Positions 57,001-64,000 of a stretch of DNA of 64,000 nt are shown here, piece after piece; within the stretch, counting starts at the first letter, position 1, and every line of letters starts with the position of its first letter. Position numbers and translations under genes: made by a program. This DNA is from Auanema rhodensis (Eukaryota > Animalia > Nematoda). Location of the stretch: positions 310,001 to 374,000 of the forward strand of contig CAXKVF010000076.1 of assembly GCA_964057225.1 (NCBI GenBank), written 5' to 3'. The notes below the pieces were generated by a model. The model searched no databases. It was not told where the DNA came from and saw only the letters and a list, made by a program, of their open reading frames with translations.

Positions 57001-60000
57001 GGGGAATCTAATTTTGAAAACCGCATCTCTTTATCTTTCACGTGAAGCGAGTTACATACCAAGTGCACATCACGTGTACATTCAATTAGCATAAATTAAA
57101 GTTCACGTAAATTTCAAAGTCATGGTTACCATGCACCAATTTCAATAAAAATTTGTTTTTAGACTAATATGGACATGAGGAATCTAATTTTGAAAACCGC
57201 ATCTCTTTATCTTTCACGTGAAGCGAGTTACATACCAAGTGCACATCACGTGTACATTTAATTAGCATAAATTAAAGTTCACGTAAATTTCAAAGTCATG
57301 GTTACCATGCACCAATATCAATAAAAATTTGTTTTTAGACTAATATGGACATGAGGAATCTAATTTTGAAAACCGCATCTCTTTATCTTTCACGTGAAGC
57401 GAGTTACATACCAAGTGCACATCACGTGTACATTTAATTAGCATAAATTAAAGTTCACGTAAATTTCAAAGTCATGGTTACCATGCACCAATATCAATAA
57501 AAATTTGTTTTTAGACTAATATGGACATGGGGAATCTAATTTTGAAAACCGCATCTCTTTATCTTTCACGTGAAGCGAGTTACATACCAAGTGCACATCA
57601 CGTGTACATTTAATTAGCATAAATTAAAGTTCACGTAAATTTCAAAGTCATGGTTACCATGCACCAATATCAATAAAAATTTGTTTTTAGACTAATATGG
57701 ACATGAGGAATCTAATTTTGAAAACCGATCTCTTTATCTTTCACGTGAAGCGAGTTACATACCAAGTGCATATCACGTGTACATTTAATTAGCATAAATT
57801 AAAGTTCACGTAAATTTCAAAGTCATGGTTACCATGCACCAATATCAATAAAAATTTGTTTTTAGACTAATATGGACATGAGGAATCTAATTTTGAAAAC
57901 CGCATCTCTTTATCTTTCACGTGAAGCGAGTTACATACCAAGTGCACATCACGTGTACATTTAATTAGCATAAATTAAAGTTCACGTAAATTTCAAAGTC
58001 ATGGTTACCATGCACCAATATCAATAAAAATTCGTTTTTAGACTAATATGGACATGGGGAATCTAATTTTGAAAACCGCATCTCTTTATCTTTCACGTGA
58101 AGCGAGTTACATACCAAGTGCACATCACGTGTACATTTAATTAGCATAAATTAAAGTTCACGTAAATTTCAAAGTCGTGGTTACCATACACCAATATCAA
58201 TAAAAATTCGTTTTTAGACTAATATGGACATGGGGAACCTAACTTTGAAAACCGCATCTCTTTATCTTTCACGTGAAGCGAGTTACATACCAAGTGCACA
58301 TCACGTGTACATTTAATTAGCATAAATTAAAGTTCACGTAAATTTCAAAGTCATGGTTACCATGCACCAATATCAATAAAAATTTGTTTTTAGACTAATA
58401 TGGACATGAGGAATCTAATTTTGAAAACCGCATCTCTTTATCTTTCACGTGAAACGAGTTACATACCAAGTGCACATCACGTGTACATTTAATTAGCATA
58501 AATTAAAGTTCACGTAAATTTCAAAGTCATGGTTACCATGCACCAATATAAATAAAAATTTGTTTTTAGACTAATATGGACATGAGCAATCTAATTTTGA
58601 AAACCGCATCTCTTTATCTTTCACGTGAAGCGAGTTACATACCAAGTGCACATCACGTGTACATTTAATTAGCATAAATTAAAGTTCACGTAAATTTCAA
58701 AGTCATGGTTACCATGCACCAATATCAATAAAAATTTGTTTTTAGACTAATATGGACATGGGGAATCTAATTTTGAAAACCGCATCTCTTTATCTTTCAC
58801 GTGAAGCGAGTTACATACCAAGTGCACATCACGTGTACATTTAATTAGCATAAATTAAAGTTCACGTAAATTTCAAAGTCATGGTTACCATGCACCAATA
58901 TCAATAAAAATTTGTTTTTAGACTAATATGGACATGAGGAATCTAATTTTGAAAACCGCATCTCTTTGTCTTTCACGTGAAGCGAGTTACATACCAAGTG
59001 CACATCACGTGTACATTTAATTAGCATAAATTAAAGTTCACGTAAATTTCAAAGTCATGGTTACCATGCACCAATATCAATAAAAATTTGTTTTTAGACT
59101 AATATGGACATGAGGAATCTAATTTTGAAAACCGCATCTCTTTATCTTTCACGTGAAGCGAGTTACATACCAAGTGCACATCACGTGTACATTTAATTAG
59201 CATAAATTAAAGTTCACGTAAATTTCAAAGTCATGGTTACCATGCACCAATATCAATAAAAATTCGTTTTTAGACTAATATGGACATGGGGAATCTAATT
59301 TTGAAAACCGCATCTCTTTATCTTTCACGTGAAGCGAGTTACATACCAAGTGCACATCACGTGTACATTTAATTAGCATAAATTAAAGTTCACGTAAATT
59401 TCAAAGTCGTGGTTACCATACACCAATATCAATAAAAATTCGTTTTTAGACTAATATGGACATGGGGAATCTAACTTTGAAAACCGCATCTCTTTATCTT
59501 TCACGTGAAGCGAGTTACATACCAAGTGCACATCACGTGTACATTTAATTAGCATAAATTAAAGTTCACGTAAATTTCAAAGTCATGGTTACCATGAACC
59601 AATATCAATAAAAATTTGTTTTTAGACTAATATGGACATGGGGAATCTAATTTTGAAAACCGCATCTCTTTATCTTTCACGTGAAGCGAGTTACATACCA
59701 AGTGCACATCACGTGTACATTCAATTAGCATAAATTAAAGTTCACGTAAATTTCAAAGTCATGGTTACCATGCACCAATATCAATAAAAATTTGTTTTTA
59801 GACTAATATGGACATGGGGAATCTAATTTTGAAAACCGCATCTCTTTATCTTTCACGTGAAGCGAGTTACATACCAAGTGCACATCACGTGTACATTTAA
59901 TTAGCATAAATTAAAGTTCACGTAAATTTCAAAGTCATGGTTACCATGCACCAATATCAATAAAAATTTGTTTTTAGACTAATATGGACATGAGGAATCT

Positions 60001-60050
60001 AATTTTGAAAACCGATCTCTTTATCTTTCACGTGAAGCGAGTTACATACC
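51072..60050. repeat. 15-monomer HOR containing a 175-bp monomer, arranged 15 + 7 + 15 + 13, giving a 22-mer (3870 bp) offset duplication
   Basis: The 1-bp deletion aaaaccg(-c)atc, always followed by gtgcaTatc, occurs at about 51218, 53857, 55088, 57727 and 60014 (spacings 2639, 1231, 2639, 2287). Markers at a 3870-bp offset: ctttGtc 52459/56329, aatTtcaat 53271/57141, gaaAcgag 54584/58454. Confidence 0.9.
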
Positions 60051-63000
60051 AAGTGCATATCACGTGTACATTTAATTAGCATAAATTAAAGTTCACGTAA
60101 ATTTCAAAGTCATGGTTACCATGCACCAATATCAATAAAAATTTGTTTTTAGACTAATATGGACATGGGGAATCAAATTTTGAAAACCGCATCTCTTTAT
60201 CTTTCACGTGAAGCGAGTTACATACCAAGTGCACATCACGTGTACATTTAATTAGCATAAATTAAAGTTCACGTAAATTTCAAAGTCATGGTTACCATGA
60301 ACCAATATCAATAAACATTTGTTTTTTGACTAATATGGACATGGGGAATCTAATTTTGAAAACCGCATCTCTTTATCTTTCATGTGAAGCGAGTTACATA
60401 CCAAGTGCACATCACGTGTACATTTAATTAGCATAAATTAAAGTTCACGTAAAATTCAAAGTCATGGTTACCATGCACCAATATCAATAAAAATTTGTTT
60501 TTAGACTAATATGGACATGAGGAATCTAATTTTGAAAACCGCATCTCTTTATCTTTCACGTGAAGCGAGTTACATACCAAGTGCACATCACGTGTACATT
60601 TAATTAGCATAAATTAAAGTTCACGTAAATTTCAAAGTCATGGTTACCATGCACCAATATCAATAAAAATTTGTTTTTAGACTAATATGGACATGGGGAA
60701 TCTAATTTTGAAAACCGCATCTCTTTATCTTTCACGTGAAGCGAGTTACATACCAAGTGCACATCACGTGTACATTTAATTAGCATAAATTAAAGTTCAC
60801 GTAAATTTCAAAGTCATGGTTACCATGCACCAATATCAATAAAAATTCGTTTTTAGACTAATATGGACATGGGGAATCTAATTTTGAAAACCGCATCTCT
60901 TTATCTTTCACGTGAAGCGAGTTACATACCAAGTGCACATCACGTGTACATTTAATTAGCATAAATTAAAGTTCACGTAAATTTCAAAGTCATGGTTACC
61001 ATGCACCAATATCAATAAAAATTTGTTTTTAGACTAATATGGACATGGGGAATCTAATTTTGAAAACCGCATCTCTTTATCTTTCACGTGAAGCGAGTTA
61101 CATACCAAGTGCACATCACGTGTACATTTAATTAGCATAAATTAAAGTTCACGTAAATTTCAAAGTCATGGTTACCATGCACCAATATCAATAAAAATTC
61201 GTTTTTAGACTAATATGGACATGGGGAATCTAATTTTGAAAACCGCATCTCTTTATCTTTCACGTGAAGCGAGTTACATACCAAGTGCACATCACGTGTA
61301 CATTTAATTAGCATAAATTAAAGTTCACGTAAATTTCAAAGTCGTGGTTACCATACACCAATATCAATAAAAATTCGTTTTTAGACTAATATGGACATGG
61401 GGAACCTAACTTTGAAAACCGCATCTCTTTATCTTTCACGTGAAGCGAGTTACATACCAAGTGCACATCACGTGTACATTTAATTAGCATAAATTAAAGT
61501 TCACGTAAATTTCAAAGTCATGGTTACCATGCACCAATATCAATAAAAATTTGTTTTTAGACTAATATGGACATGAGGAATCTAATTTTGAAAACCGCAT
61601 CTCTTTATCTTTCGCGTGAAGCGAGTTACATACCAAGTGCACATCACGTGTACATTTAATTAGCATAAATTAAAGTTCACGTAAATTTCAAAGTCATGGT
61701 TACCATGCACCAATATAAATAAAAATTTGTTTTTAGACTAATATGGACATGAGCAATCTAATTTTGAGAACCGCATCTCTTTATCTTTCACGTGAAGCGA
61801 GTTACATACCAAGTGCACATCACGTGTACATTTAATTAGCATAAATTAAAGTTCACGTAAATTTCAAAGTCATGGTTACCATGCACCAATATCAATAAAA
61901 ATTTGTTTTTAGACTAATATGGACATGGGGAATCTAATTTTGAAAACCGCATCTCTTTATCTTTCACGTGAAGCGAGTTACATACCAAGTGCACATCACG
62001 TGTACATTTAATTAGCATAAATTAAAGTTCACGTAAATTTCAAAGTCATGGTTACCATGCACCAATATCAATAAAAATTTGTTTTTAGACTAATATGGAC
62101 ATGAGGAATCTAATTTTGAAAACCGCATCTCTTTGTCTTTCACGTGAAGCGAGTTACATACCAAGTGCACATCACGTGTACATTTAATTAGCATAAATTA
62201 AAGTTCACGTAAATTTCAAAGTCATGGTTACCATGCACCAATATCAATAAAAATTCGTTTTTAGACTAATATGGACATGGGGAATCTAATTTTGAAAACC
62301 GCATCTCTTTATCTTTCACGTGAAGCGAGTTACATACCAAGTGCACATCACGTGTACATTTAATTAGCATAAATTAAAGTTCACGTAAATTTCAAAGTCG
62401 TGGTTACCATACACCAATATCAATAAAAATTCGTTTTTAGACTAATATGGACATGGGGAATCTAACTTTGAAAACCGCATCTCTTTATCTTTCACGTGAA
62501 GCGAGTTACATACCAAGTGCACATCACGTGTACATTTAATTAGCATAAATTAAAGTTCACGTAAATTTCAAAGTCATGGTTACCATGCACCAATATCAAT
62601 AAAAATTTGTTTTTAGACTAATATGGACATGAGGAATCTAATTTTGAAAACCGCATCTCTTTATCTTTCACGTGAAGCGAGTTACATACCAAGTGCACAT
62701 CACGTGTACATTTAATTAGCATAAATTAAAGTTCACGTAAATTTCAAAGTCATGGTTACCATGCACCAATATAAATAAAAATTTGTTTTTAGACTAATAT
62801 GGACATGAGCAATCTAATTTTGAGAACCGCATCTCTTTATCTTTCACGTGAAGCGAGTTACATTACAAGTGCACATCACGTGTACATTTAATTAGCATAA
62901 ATTAAAGTTCACGTAAATTTCAAAGTCATGGTTACCATGCACCAATATCAATAAAAATTTGTTTTTAGACTAATATGGACATGGGGAATCTAATTTTGAA

Positions 63001-64000
63001 AACCGCATCTCTTTATCTTTCACGTGAAGCGAGTTACATACCAAGTGCACATCACGTGTACATTTAATTAGCATAAATTAAAGTTCACGTAAATTTCAAA
63101 GTCATGGTTACCATGAACCAATATCAATAAAAATTTGTTTTTAGACTAATATGGACATGAGGAATCTAATTTTGAAAACCGCATCTCTTTATCTTTCACG
63201 TGAAGCGAGTTACATACCAAGTGCACATCACGTGTACATTTAATTAGCATAAATTAAAGTTCACGTAAATTTCAAAGTCATGGTTACCATGCACCAATAT
63301 CAATAAAAATTTGTTTTTAGACTAATATGGACATGTGGAATCAAATTTTGAAAACCGCATCTCTTTATCTTTCACGTGAAGCGAGTTACATACCAAGTGC
63401 ACATCACGTGTACATTTAATTAGCATAAATTAAAGTTCACGTAAATTTCAAAGTCATGGTTACCATGAACCAATATCAATAAACATTTGTTTTTTGACTA
63501 ATATGGACATGGGGAATCTAATTTTGAAAACCGCATCTCTTTATCTTTCATGTGAAGCGAGTTACATACCAAGTGCACATCACGTGTACATTTAATTAGC
63601 ATAAATTAAAGTTCACGTAAAATTCAAAGTCATGGTTACCATGCACCAATATCAATAAAAATTTGTTTTTAGACTAATATGGACATGAGGAATCTAATTT
63701 TGAAAACCGCATCTCTTTATCTTTCACGTGAAGCGAGTTACATACCAAGTGCACATCACGTGTACATTTAATTAGCATAAATTAAAGTTCACGTAAATTT
63801 CAAAGTCATGGTTACCATGCACCAATATCAATAAAAATTTGTTTTTAGACTAATATGGACATGGGGAATCTAATTTTGAAAACCGCATCTCTTTATCTTT
63901 CACGTGAAGCGAGTTACATACCAAGTGCACATCACGTGTACATTTAATTAGCATAAATTAAAGTTCACGTAAATTTCAAAGTCATGGTTACCATGCACCA

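Larger units (their letters stand above)
1..64000. repeat. 176-bp tandem satellite DNA array (about 363.5 monomers, head-to-tail, single orientation); probable centromeric/pericentromeric heterochromatin satellite, family unassigned
   Basis: TACATACCAAGTGCAC recurs every 176 bp (1, 177, 353; lines at 1, 2641 and 5281 restart in the same phase, 2640 = 15 x 176). Phase shifts are fully explained by a net -1 at 8.5-9.2 kb, +32 at 32.34 kb and five 1-bp deletions at 51-60 kb; the last monomer starts at 63915. The centromeric interpretation is inferred from size and homogeneity only. Confidence 0.98.

Noticed and set aside
1-64000. CRISPR-like or other repeat-spacer/cassette array
   Set aside because: There are no unique spacers; the whole 176 bp repeats, and there are no cas, integrase or other genes.
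1-64000. SNP pattern as an encoded message or programmed diversification
   Set aside because: The variant strings are explained by nested tandem duplication and recombination; there is no template, reverse transcriptase or targeted base bias.

Overview
The whole 64-kb window is one head-to-tail tandem satellite array of a 176-bp, AT-rich monomer (about 32% GC by hand count), about 363.5 copies, all in one orientation. Most copies differ from the consensus (e.g. 177-352) by 0-5 substitutions. I find no genes, RNA genes, transposons or CRISPR array; the single ORF is a chance product of two SNPs that remove stop codons. Monomer size and homogeneity suggest a eukaryotic (peri)centromeric or heterochromatic satellite, but I cannot assign it to a named family. 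Structure inside the array: (i) nested higher-order repeats (HORs) of 2, 3, 7, 8, 10, 15 and 22 monomers, plus dispersed block duplications up to about 12 kb apart, readable from shared SNP strings; (ii) one 32-bp T-rich insertion at 32342-32373, the only non-monomer sequence; (iii) an indel cluster at 8.5-9.2 kb that is probably sequencing error; (iv) a monomer rich in dyad symmetry, with three helically phased TCACGT cores, one matching the yeast CDEI consensus. I cannot support a novel protein-coding system here. The best leads are the monomer's motif architecture, the insertion and the HOR history.
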